DNA of 64,000 nucleotides from positions 124,001-188,000 of IMG/VR virus record IMGVR_UViG_3300050821_009835, one strand, 5' to 3'. The notes under the pieces were generated by a model. It made no database searches. It worked only from the letters and a program-made list of their open reading frames with translations, and had not been told where the DNA came from. How positions within the stretch are numbered: position 1 is the stretch's first letter; every line of letters begins with the position of its first letter. This document shows positions 45,994 to 53,109 of the stretch, one piece after another. The translations under genes and the position numbers were made by a program.

Positions 45994-46800
45994 TCAATCG
46001 TAGAGTCTCCAAAGTTTTTCTACTGGCAACCCAGTTACCGAAGCCACTTCTGAAAACGTGGGCTGCAATTCTTTTTCAAAAAGAAATTGTACTTGAGGAC
46101 ATTGCTGCTGCTTAGCACTCGTTCTTGCAGAAGGCCAGCCCTTGATTTCTACCAAATTTCCATCTACTAAAAAATCCGGGTAGAAATTGTATCGCACTCC
46201 CTCAAACTCGTAAGATAATGGCCGCCAATTTCTTTCTACTTTCTTTCCTAGCTGCAACGAATGAATGAGATAGGCACATTCCCAGGTGGACTGTACAAAC
46301 ATACCATGGTAGTATCCTGATTTACTACGGCCTCCACCTTCCCGTATTCCACCGCAGCGACCTTCAGCCTTTGCTTTGGCTAAACCTTCTTCATTGTGCA
46401 ATTTTCTACACGAAAGACAAACTGTCCAATTCCTAGGTATTTCTTGCCCACAAGCACAACGTTTAGGAGGCTTAGGAGGTAATAAAGAAACCCTATCATG
46501 GTGAGCCTGAGATATCCTTCTGCGAGTTGTTAACAAACACGGTCTTGTATTCGAACAAGACACAGAACAAGTTAACCCCTTACGTCTAGAAAATTGTTTT
46601 GGGGTGCATTCCAACAAAAACTGCTTTCCACAAACAACGCACTGAACCGGGTAAAGAACCTTTCGTTTGTTTTTCTTTGCCACTGCCAAATTCAAGGCTA
46701 CTCTGTCTGGACGTTTGAAGCAATTACGTATGTGCGCTCCCCAACTTCGCCCATCCTTAGGAAATCCTTCCCTACTTAGTCCACAGTACTGACAAGTCAT
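45994..46800 (-). CDS. TnsA-like PD-(D/E)XK homing endonuclease
   Basis: QSTWE, FYPDFLVDGNLVEIKGW; N-terminal zinc modules. Confidence 0.75.
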   Translation of the reverse strand: MTCQYCGLSREGFPKDGRSWGAHIRNCFKRPDRVALNLAVAKKNKRKVLYPVQCVVCGKQFLLECTPKQFSRRKGLTCSVSCSNTRPCLLTTRRRISQAHHDRVSLLPPKPPKRCACGQEIPRNWTVCLSCRKLHNEEGLAKAKAEGRCGGIREGGGRSKSGYYHGMFVQSTWECAYLIHSLQLGKKVERNWRPLSYEFEGVRYNFYPDFLVDGNLVEIKGWPSARTSAKQQQCPQVQFLFEKELQPTFSEVASVTGLPVEKLWRLYD

Positions 46801-46863
46801 TGGTTTACAACCTCTATAATCAACTCAGATAGTTGTAAATCAAGACTCAACAGTCGCTTATTT

Positions 46864-46942
46864 TGGAGCGGAAGATCAGATTTGAACTGACGAAATGCTG
46901 CGTTGGAAGCGCAGTGCCTTAACCAGACTTGGCGACTCCCGC
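46864..46942 (-). tRNA. tRNA-Gly(TCC)
   Basis: Loop CTTCCAA; U73; CCA. Confidence 0.9.
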
Positions 46943-46951
46943 AAAACATTC

Positions 46952-47325
46952 GCGCTGAACCTATAGCCAGGATTTTGTCGTGGACGACCATTCCTCTAGG
47001 CCACCCGTTACCGTGTGGCTCAAGCTCTCTACCCGCTGATTCCCCACTTCTTACGAAGTGAACGGGCCGGATCAGCCCTGCTCAGCCTATTTGAGATTGC
47101 TCCACGTGGAGATTGCCCGTTTCACCCTATGCTATGGCTGCGAGCCCCTCCCGCATTTAATCCCCAGTCGAGGGAACCAAGTCACAGACTCGTCTCTGTT
47201 GCTCTAATCGTCATTACGCCTTTCAGCGTAACGCTAGGGAGTTACCCTACACGCCATCCTGTGGAGTCCTGAACTTCCTCGGTAAGCAATTCCATCCTGC
47301 TTAACGCGATCGTCCAGTTCAACGC
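46952..47325 (-). ncRNA. rnpB: RNase P RNA, A-type-like, lacking P13/P14
   Basis: GAGGAAGTTCAGG (CR-I), ACAGAGAC (CR-II), GGGTGAAAC (CR-III), CTCCACGTGGAGCAA, AGAGGAAT (CR-IV), ACAAAATCCTGGCTA (CR-V); P1 GCGTTGAACT/GGTTCAGCGC. Confidence 0.92.
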
Positions 47326-47363
47326 AAATTTCAAAGATCTAAACCAAAGTTGCCTGAGCAACT

Positions 47364-47600
47364 TTAATTTTGGTGGAGAACACGGGATTCGAACCCGTCT
47401 GTATTCCGCATTGCAAGTGCAGCGGCCACTCCCAGCAGTCCCGATCCCCCTAACCCCCTTAATCGTTCAATCTCATTGGCAGCTTCTTCAAGTAAATCAG
47501 CCAATCTATCAGGCTTCCCTTCTTGCACGCTCTTCCGTGTAGAAATCTGACGTCTTATCTCAGCTCGCTTGCGTAATCTCTCAATGAGATCTTCGTTCAT
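47364..47600 (-). CDS. Conserved-type phage hypothetical protein whose frame runs through a tRNA-Ala
   Basis: ERLRKRAEIRRQI..RKSVQEGKPDR.ADLLEEAA.EIE motif. Confidence 0.55.
   Translation of the reverse strand: MNEDLIERLRKRAEIRRQISTRKSVQEGKPDRLADLLEEAANEIERLRGLGGSGLLGVAAALAMRNTDGFESRVLHQN
47371..47449 (-). tRNA. Atypical tRNA-Ala(TGC)
   Basis: G3:U70; loop CTTGCAA; CCA; weak D arm; G8. Confidence 0.7.
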
Positions 47601-47604
47601 AAAT

Positions 47605-47680
47605 TGGTGGAGCTAGTCGGGTTTGAACCGACGGCCTCTTTCATGCCATGAAAGCGATCTCCCAACTGATCTATAGCCCC
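47605..47680 (-). tRNA. tRNA-Ala(GGC)
   Basis: GGGGCTA 5' end, G3:U70; loop ATGGCAT; CCA. Confidence 0.9.
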
Positions 47681-47683
47681 AAA

Positions 47684-47854
47684 CTCGAGGGGTCTCGGGG
47701 ATTTCACGAAACGTTCCAGCCGTCGCTGTCTATCCCAGACCCTGAAAGCCCTAACGTGCACCTACTGGGACTCTGCTCTGCCGCTGAGCTACACCCCTGT
47801 CGGGATGGTTGGATTCGAACCAACGACCTGAGTCCGATCGATGCACAGGCTTTC
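47684..47854 (-). ncRNA. Circularly permuted tRNA-like (YrlA/Y-RNA-like) RNA, copy 1, with 3' extension
   Basis: Order: long stem, T arm (GTTGG TTCGAAT CCAAC), loop-closed acceptor stem, D arm (GCTC AGCGGCA GAGC), long stem. Confidence 0.75.
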
Positions 47855-47858
47855 GAAA

Positions 47859-47937
47859 TGGAGATGAAGGCAGGATTTGAACCTGCGATTACAGAGGTTG
47901 CAGCTCTGCCCCTTTAGCCAGACTTGGGTACTTCATC
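47859..47937 (-). tRNA. tRNA-Cys(GCA)
   Basis: Loop CTGCAAC; U73; CCA. Confidence 0.9.
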
Positions 47938-48579
47938 ATAAAGTCGTACGAAATCTTGTCCGTACTTGCCAGAAACATGATCCAAAATACCCTGCATCTG
48001 TTCCCACATTAGAAGATGAATCTTCCTGCTTCCAACGGCATCCAGTTTTCTCTACAAGATATCCTTGTCCACTACAAAACCCTTAATCTCTACTAAACTC
48101 CCATCCGCCAACTTGAAATCCGGTGTGTAGAAATGAACCACTTCATTACGGTCTAAGTAACCGAATCTTTCCCGATTTCTTTCAAAAGGAACACCGTGTT
48201 CCAATTGATAAATTACCCAAGCAAGTTCCCAAGAAGAGTCGCACCAAATTCCTTGATATCGGCCTTTAATGCCTCGCCCACCTCCCTGGTTGCCCAATCC
48301 TAATCGCTTCCTAGTATCACCAATCTTTTTCTTAGTTTCTTCGGACGGCGGTCCTGCTTTACTCCCGGTTCTAGCCCTTGCTGCTGCTTCTACTAAAGCC
48401 CGAACCTTTTCGTTTTCTATAGTCAACCCCTTATTCCAAGGTATCGTGCGTTCAGCTGGCTTAAAACTTACTCCTTTGCCATGCATCCTCCAAATGTGAC
48501 TTGTTAAGCCAAATAAGGACATTTCTTTCCGGCAAATAAAACAGCAAACAAAACCACCCTTAGAGCCTGTTGTTGGCAT
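47914..48579 (-). CDS. TnsA-like PD-(D/E)XK homing endonuclease with an in-frame TAG at 48052-48054
   Basis: CDSSWE..YTPDF..LVEIKGF; frame continues 46 codons past the TAG (..YGQDFVRLYDE) to a TAA inside tRNA-Cys. Confidence 0.75.
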
Positions 48580-48613
48580 AACTCCCTCTAAATAAGAGTA
48601 GGAAGTTTAAAAC

Positions 48614-48646
48614 CAGCTCTGTGCCTTACCACTTGGCCAACGGTCC
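48614..48646 (-). pseudogene. Orphan 5' half of a tRNA (Cys-like), truncated at the anticodon
   Basis: GGACCGTTGGCCAAGTGGTAAGGCACAGAGCTG followed directly by the endonuclease leader. Confidence 0.65.
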
Positions 48647-48659
48647 ATCTAAACTTTTT

Positions 48660-48734
48660 TGGCGGTGACGACGAGAGTCGAACTCGCATCCTACTCCGTG
48701 ACAGGGAGGCACTCTACCATTAAGCTACGTCACC
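48660..48734 (-). tRNA. tRNA-Asp(GTC)
   Basis: Loop CTGTCAC; G73; CCA. Confidence 0.9.
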
Positions 48735-48744
48735 GCATAAAACT

Positions 48745-48818
48745 TGGAGCGGGATAGGGTAATCGAAACCCTTTCTCCGGTCTGGCAGACCAGGGCACAC
48801 CCAATGTACCAATCCCGC
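48745..48818 (-). tRNA. tRNA-Gly(GCC)
   Basis: Loop CTGCCAG; U73; CCA. Confidence 0.88.
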
Positions 48819-48874
48819 TTTAAACGATGCGAATCTATACGCTCAAGACGTTCGTCGCGCCTAAATCTAAATTT

Positions 48875-48951
48875 TGGTACAGGGTGAGGGACTCGAACCC
48901 CCGACATTCTCCTTGTAAGGAAGACGCTTCTACCAACTGAGCTAACCCTGT
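48875..48951 (-). tRNA. tRNA-Val(TAC)
   Basis: Loop CTTACAA; CCA. Confidence 0.9.
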
Positions 48952-49177
48952 ACATTCTATCGTAAAATAGAAAAGACGCCATTAACAGGCGTCCTCGTTT
49001 TACGATTCGGATGTCTTGTTTTACTCTCCGAATCCCTCCGAGGACACTTGCCCCTCCGCCGCGACGCAGCATTCAGCTGCAGTACCGCTATCTCGCACGA
49101 AAGTGTTATTGGTCGTCATGTTATAATAATACCTAGGTATTTGGAAAATCGGGTATAACTAGTGAAATAAAAACTAA

Positions 49178-49203
49178 AGGCCCGAATCTTCTTCTTCGGG
49201 CCT
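49178..49203 (-). terminator. Intrinsic terminator
   Basis: AGGCCCGAA/TTCGGGCCT hairpin followed by TTAGTTTTTATTT. Confidence 0.7.
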
Positions 49204-49239
49204 TCTACTGCCGATGCCGTCGATCGTTACAGGACAACA

Positions 49240-49275
49240 TTAAAAGTTGAAAGGAACCATGATGGTTTTTCGCAT
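49240..49275 (-). CDS. 11-aa small ORF (MRKTIMVPFNF)
   Basis: Strong AAGGAGG RBS; sits between the large ncRNA and the terminator. Confidence 0.4.
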   Translation of the reverse strand: MRKTIMVPFNF

Positions 49276-49715
49276 AGTTATTGTCCTCCTTTTCTTAAAT
49301 TGCACAAAATTCGATCCCCAGCGAGGCCTATGGTATCCCCGCTTCTTTAAAGAGAGCCAACACCCTCCTCCGTTATTGTAGTCCTCCGGTGTTGGCCTTG
49401 GGCGGAGATCTCTGCCCCGTCGTCGACCGGGTTGGCTCCCTCCGCCTCAATTCACTCGGGTGCATCCTACTTCCAGCGGCAATTTGGTTCCGTTTTAGAC
49501 CTAAAGACTTCTTAGGAATCCAGTTTCGGCAGCACCCGCGCTTTTGCGTTTACATCGTACGCTGTGGACGTGTACCTGACCCGCTCCGACCCGAACGTGG
49601 CCGAACGATCGTTGGCAAACGGCGGCTAACGCTTCCCACAGCTAAACTTAATCCAGGAACGCCCTCCTGCGCTCAACAAGGCAGTTATGCACTATACACC
49701 GTGTTCCCGAACCCT

Positions 49716-49791
49716 TGGTGGAGGATGCAGGGATCGAACCTGCGACCTATTGCTTGCAAAGCAATCGCTCTCCCAACTGAGCTAATCCCCC
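49716..49791 (-). tRNA. tRNA-Ala(TGC)
   Basis: Canonical; G3:U70; loop TTTGCAA; CCA. Confidence 0.93.
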
Positions 49792-49887
49792 GACAGCAGC
49801 GTGTCCGAATACCGCGTTGCTCTGCGTTCACAGACTTCGATTCCGACTCGCACCTGACCTCCGGGTAACTTCCCTCATAGTACTCAG

Positions 49888-49938
49888 AAAGTACAGAAAA
49901 TACAAAAGTACAGAAAATACAAAAGTACAGAAAATACA
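49888..49938. repeat. Three exact tandem copies of the 17-nt unit AAAGTACAGAAAATACA
   Basis: Read directly from the sequence. Confidence 0.9.
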
Positions 49939-50314
49939 TCGGCTACAGTAACCCTGCACGTTGAACTATTGCCAGTTAGACTTCGGGACGTTGCCACCGT
50001 CGCACCTATGATGCTTCGGGTTATGCGGGTCATGACTCCCGTGGCAGTGGGTTTTAGCCCTAACCAACCGTGCACAGTATGCAGCCGAATCTTAAGCCTT
50101 AGAAGAACGCGGCGGGAAACTTCCTAGGCAAGTCCCGCCGCATCTCTATCCGTTTCTCCGCCAGGACTGCGCGAGTACTCGGGCTGCTCGTTGCGCGTAT
50201 ACTCAGCGCGATTACCTCTGGATGACCGCTCTGGTGGTCCTGCGTTGCTCTTCGTTACTAGCTGTTAGGCCTCACGGGTGCTGCCCGCTCTGGTCCTCCT
50301 GCGCTTCATCCAAA

Positions 50315-50487
50315 CTCGAGAGGTCTAGGGGATTTCACGATAGTTCCAGCCGTCGCTGTCTATCCCAGACCCTGGAGCTGTCAACGCATCGTCTACTGAG
50401 GTCTGCTCTTCCATTGCGCTACATCCCCTTAACGGAGAAGGAGGGAATCGAACCCCCGACCTGACCTTATCGACGATACTCTGCTCC
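50315..50487 (-). ncRNA. Circularly permuted tRNA-like (YrlA/Y-RNA-like) RNA, copy 2, with 3' extension
   Basis: T arm GGGGG TTCGATT CCCTC; acceptor-like stem closed by GTTAA; D arm GCGC AATGGAA GAGC; compensatory stem changes versus copy 1. Confidence 0.75.
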
Positions 50488-50494
50488 AAACTTA

Positions 50495-50810
50495 TGAAGC
50501 GATTCCTGTTGGTACTTGGTAGCTATCGAGTCTACCCTAAGCACGAATCGACCAAACCAACGCGATACCACACGGCAATCTTTGCTGCTGGCTCCCATGA
50601 TTAACGACCTTTGGGTATTAGTATCCGGAACGGTCGTCTTACATAACCTTGACGGTCGTCTTACATAACCTTGACGGATCTGCCAGCAATTCTTTGCGAG
50701 GTAGGCAATGCATTTGTACAGCCAACCAGTCCTCGACTTCTGAGCTTCGTAGTCATCCGAAGACGCTTACCGTTTCCGGCCTGTCTCCGGTTCACTCACT
50801 CAGCTTCTAT
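50495..50810 (-). ncRNA. Candidate ~315-nt structured ncRNA
   Basis: Ends GAAGC/GCTTC; stems CTGAG/CTCAG, TGCTGGC/GCCAGCA, GATTC/GAATC, GGTAG/CTACC; GAAA and TTCG tetraloops. Confidence 0.5.
50630..50673. repeat. Two exact tandem copies of the 22-nt unit ACGGTCGTCTTACATAACCTTG
   Basis: Read directly from the sequence. Confidence 0.9.
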
Positions 50811-50819
50811 GTTTAGATA

Positions 50820-51101
50820 CTACGGGGCTGCAATAGAAATCGGGTAGTCAATATTCTGACACCGAATTCCCAAAAGAATTTCACCCCAATACAACTCACA
50901 TTTCCCGCAAAGCTCGCGTACCTTTAGCCAAGGTCGTTGACCATTCATGGCTTCCACGAAATCTCCAGTACAAAGCCCATACTTTTTCTCATTATCATTG
51001 GGTTCATCAATATAGCATTCGTGCTTTGGCGTTGTTGGGCTGGAGGAATCTTTAATGAGGCAGTGCGTTGGATGCGAAGTTGAAATTTTTGAATGTTTCA
51101 T
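50820..51101 (-). CDS. Hypothetical Cys-rich protein
   Basis: ATGA overlap with the upstream gene. Confidence 0.45.
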   Translation of the reverse strand: MKHSKISTSHPTHCLIKDSSSPTTPKHECYIDEPNDNEKKYGLCTGDFVEAMNGQRPWLKVRELCGKCELYWGEILLGIRCQNIDYPISIAAP

Positions 51102-51358
51102 TGTGCTCCCTGGGGCGACCCAATAGTTTTGACGACTCGCGGCTTAATCTGTTCATACAGCTGAGTCATCTGTTGGAAATCCCGGGCAGCATTCAACATC
51201 GTTTGTTGAGTTGCGTACACGGCATACATAAACTCACAACGAGCGCATGCTCCTTTGACACCACCGCGCCCTTCTTTTTCTGGGTTATATCGCGTATGTT
51301 TGTCGCAATGAATCTTAACTCGACTGTTCATCTTCAACCTTGTTCTTATGTTTAACAT
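51098..51358 (-). CDS. Hypothetical protein
   Basis: AGGAGG RBS; C.KH..YNP...G...C.RC motif. Confidence 0.5.
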   Translation of the reverse strand: MLNIRTRLKMNSRVKIHCDKHTRYNPEKEGRGGVKGACARCEFMYAVYATQQTMLNAARDFQQMTQLYEQIKPRVVKTIGSPQGAQ

Positions 51359-51373
51359 CTCCCCTCCTAAAAG

Positions 51374-51400
51374 TTACGGCCTCGATATTCGAGGCCGTTA
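51374..51400 (-). terminator. Intrinsic terminator
   Basis: ACGGCCTCGA/TCGAGGCCGT hairpin plus U run. Confidence 0.65.
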
Positions 51401-51513
51401 TTTGGTTATTGTTGGTTTCTTAGGCCGTAGCCTTTACTGCTGCGCACCGTCCTGCGAGACATCCTCTCAGATTGTACGGCGTCTTGTTGTTCACTCCGGC
51501 ACAGCAACGAGTT

Positions 51514-52437
51514 TCAGCTATTGACTTCTGCCAAGCAACCGTACTTCAACGGCTGTAGAGTCCAATTTTCGATCTTTGCCTTGTTGATCTGGATGTCTTG
51601 CTTCACTGTGCTTAATTCAAACTCTAGGCGCGACTGACGATTGGCAATCTCCTGATTGAATTCGTATTGATTGGCTTCTTTGGTAAAGGTCTTGGTGTAG
51701 CCCACGCGCTTGCCGTTCTCCCACTTTTGGCACTGTACGTCCACGCTGACTAACGACGGTAGCGTCTTAAGAGCCGCAACAATTCCTTTGCGATGTGATT
51801 CAAGTACAGGAGCAAAGGCGATGTTAGCCTCGTTAGAAAGTTCGTACGGCTTATATTCGACTCCGAAACATTTTCCCACACGATATCCAGCATGATTATA
51901 ATCGGACATCTGATAACCATGCATCACCATTCTAGTGGCGACATCCAACTTCTGGCGGCGAGCGCAAATCGCGCAGATGCCTGTGTTAAAGTTTTCAGCA
52001 ATCAAGTCCGCTTCTGACTTCTCAACTGGGCGGCGACCCTTCACAACAAAGGGCTTTATAGCTTTGATCAGTTTGCCAATCTCGACCACTTCCCGCAAGA
52101 ATTCCATGTATTCGAGGATGAGAGGGTTGCCAAAGCCGTGCTGTTTCTCTAGATTGCGGAGAACTTTGGGGGCGCTAGTGGTATTCATGTAACAAGAGAC
52201 ATCATAACGCGGATCATTCGAATCCCAAGTAACGGCAGACGATCGTTTCTGGACGTAGAAAGGCTCTGCGTAAGAGTTGGTAGCGTCATCTATGCTTCTG
52301 CTGATGACGTATTTTGCATCCTCAACTTGAACGTTCCAGATCTTTTGTGCAGCGAGGCCTGCTTCGAGGACAGCAATCTGCTCTTGAAATCGAGGAGCTT
52401 TGTTTCCAAGAGCCGCGAAGATCTTGGGTGTGTTCAT
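51514..52437 (-). CDS. Hypothetical protein
   Basis: 307 aa; GICAIC..HGYQ..G.CFG motif; TTTACC-N17-TAGAAT promoter just upstream of the ATG. Confidence 0.6.
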   Translation of the reverse strand: MNTPKIFAALGNKAPRFQEQIAVLEAGLAAQKIWNVQVEDAKYVISRSIDDATNSYAEPFYVQKRSSAVTWDSNDPRYDVSCYMNTTSAPKVLRNLEKQHGFGNPLILEYMEFLREVVEIGKLIKAIKPFVVKGRRPVEKSEADLIAENFNTGICAICARRQKLDVATRMVMHGYQMSDYNHAGYRVGKCFGVEYKPYELSNEANIAFAPVLESHRKGIVAALKTLPSLVSVDVQCQKWENGKRVGYTKTFTKEANQYEFNQEIANRQSRLEFELSTVKQDIQINKAKIENWTLQPLKYGCLAEVNS

Positions 52438-52482
52438 GTAGTTATTCTACGGCACTTACAAAGAATTCGGGTAAAGGATCGC

Positions 52483-53109
52483 CTAGTTCATCAGTTTTCG
52501 TTCTGCTTCAATAGTTTTCAGTAATTTCGCTGATTCTGACACAACTCCTACTCGCTTTTCAAATTCCGGAACTTCCATTAAGAATCCCACCATCGGTTTA
52601 TCTTGGTCTAAAACTTGCCCCAAAAGACCTCGCAGTGTAAAATCCCAACCCGTAAGAAGATGTTCGTTAGTAAAACGACGATGATCATCAACAATAGGAA
52701 TTTGACCCGGTGCGAGGTACCAAATAAAGTCATATTTACGAGCCTGTTCCCACAATGAAATTACAGTAGTCCCAAACTCTAAAGGTGACATAAGTTCCGG
52801 GTGCGGGGCACAAACATGGTAGAAGTAGTTTATGAGATCCAATGGGGTTTCATCCCCAATAAAATCAGGGAGCAAACTTTCCATTTCAAGACGCACGGAT
52901 ACATACACTCGTTCAAAATTGACATGCTCTTCGGGAGTCATATTGGGAAAGAATTTTGTATGTGGTATTTGGCCTAGTTGCTCCATACGAGCGAACACGG
53001 CTGCGTGAACATCAGTATCGATAATGGCTGGAATTTTCAAGGCCTCGGATACAGCCTTGGTGAGTGTGGATTTTCCAACACCGCTTACACCCGCTATGCC
53101 AATCTTCAT
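52483..53109 (-). CDS. P-loop nucleotide kinase (AAA_28/NadR-like)
   Basis: GIAGVSGVGKSTL, DETPLD, DDHRRF. Confidence 0.7.
   Translation of the reverse strand: MKIGIAGVSGVGKSTLTKAVSEALKIPAIIDTDVHAAVFARMEQLGQIPHTKFFPNMTPEEHVNFERVYVSVRLEMESLLPDFIGDETPLDLINYFYHVCAPHPELMSPLEFGTTVISLWEQARKYDFIWYLAPGQIPIVDDHRRFTNEHLLTGWDFTLRGLLGQVLDQDKPMVGFLMEVPEFEKRVGVVSESAKLLKTIEAERKLMN

Larger units (their letters stand above)
49315..50311 (-). ncRNA. ~1 kb structured non-coding element with embedded tRNA-Ala (GOLLD/ROOL size class, family unassigned)
   Basis: No credible ORF; strong stems GGATGA/TCATCC, GCGGCGGGA/TCCCGCCGC, TGCCAC/GTGGCA, GCCAACACC/GGTGTTGGC, GCGGGG/CCTCGC. Confidence 0.6.

Noticed and set aside
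47684-47745. Hammerhead or HDV/theta ribozyme identity for the shared 3' domain
   Set aside because: It has GAAA and a UH-like site but no CUGANGA core; helix order is nested, not the HDV double pseudoknot
47859-48646. Group I intron interrupting tRNA-Cys
   Set aside because: The orphan 5' half acceptor (GGACCGT) cannot pair with the downstream 3' half (CTTCATC), which has its own 5' half
8715-50464. Listed ORFs overlapping tRNAs or ncRNAs (e.g. 8715-8987, 11235-11698, 15892-16281, 47015-47272, 47648-47917, 49389-49939, 50222-50464)
   Set aside because: Translations of RNA genes or their antisense strands; no RBS or domain support
49888-50673. CRISPR array from the 17-nt and 22-nt tandem repeats (also the 56.1 kb repeats)
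   Set aside because: The repeats are directly adjacent with no unique spacers, and there are no cas genes
8400-50810. tmRNA
   Set aside because: No GGGG..GG.TTCGAC 5' end paired with a D-stem-less CTCCACCA 3' end; every CTCCACCA end belongs to a complete Ala tRNA; MANTTQAA** has its own RBS and ATG
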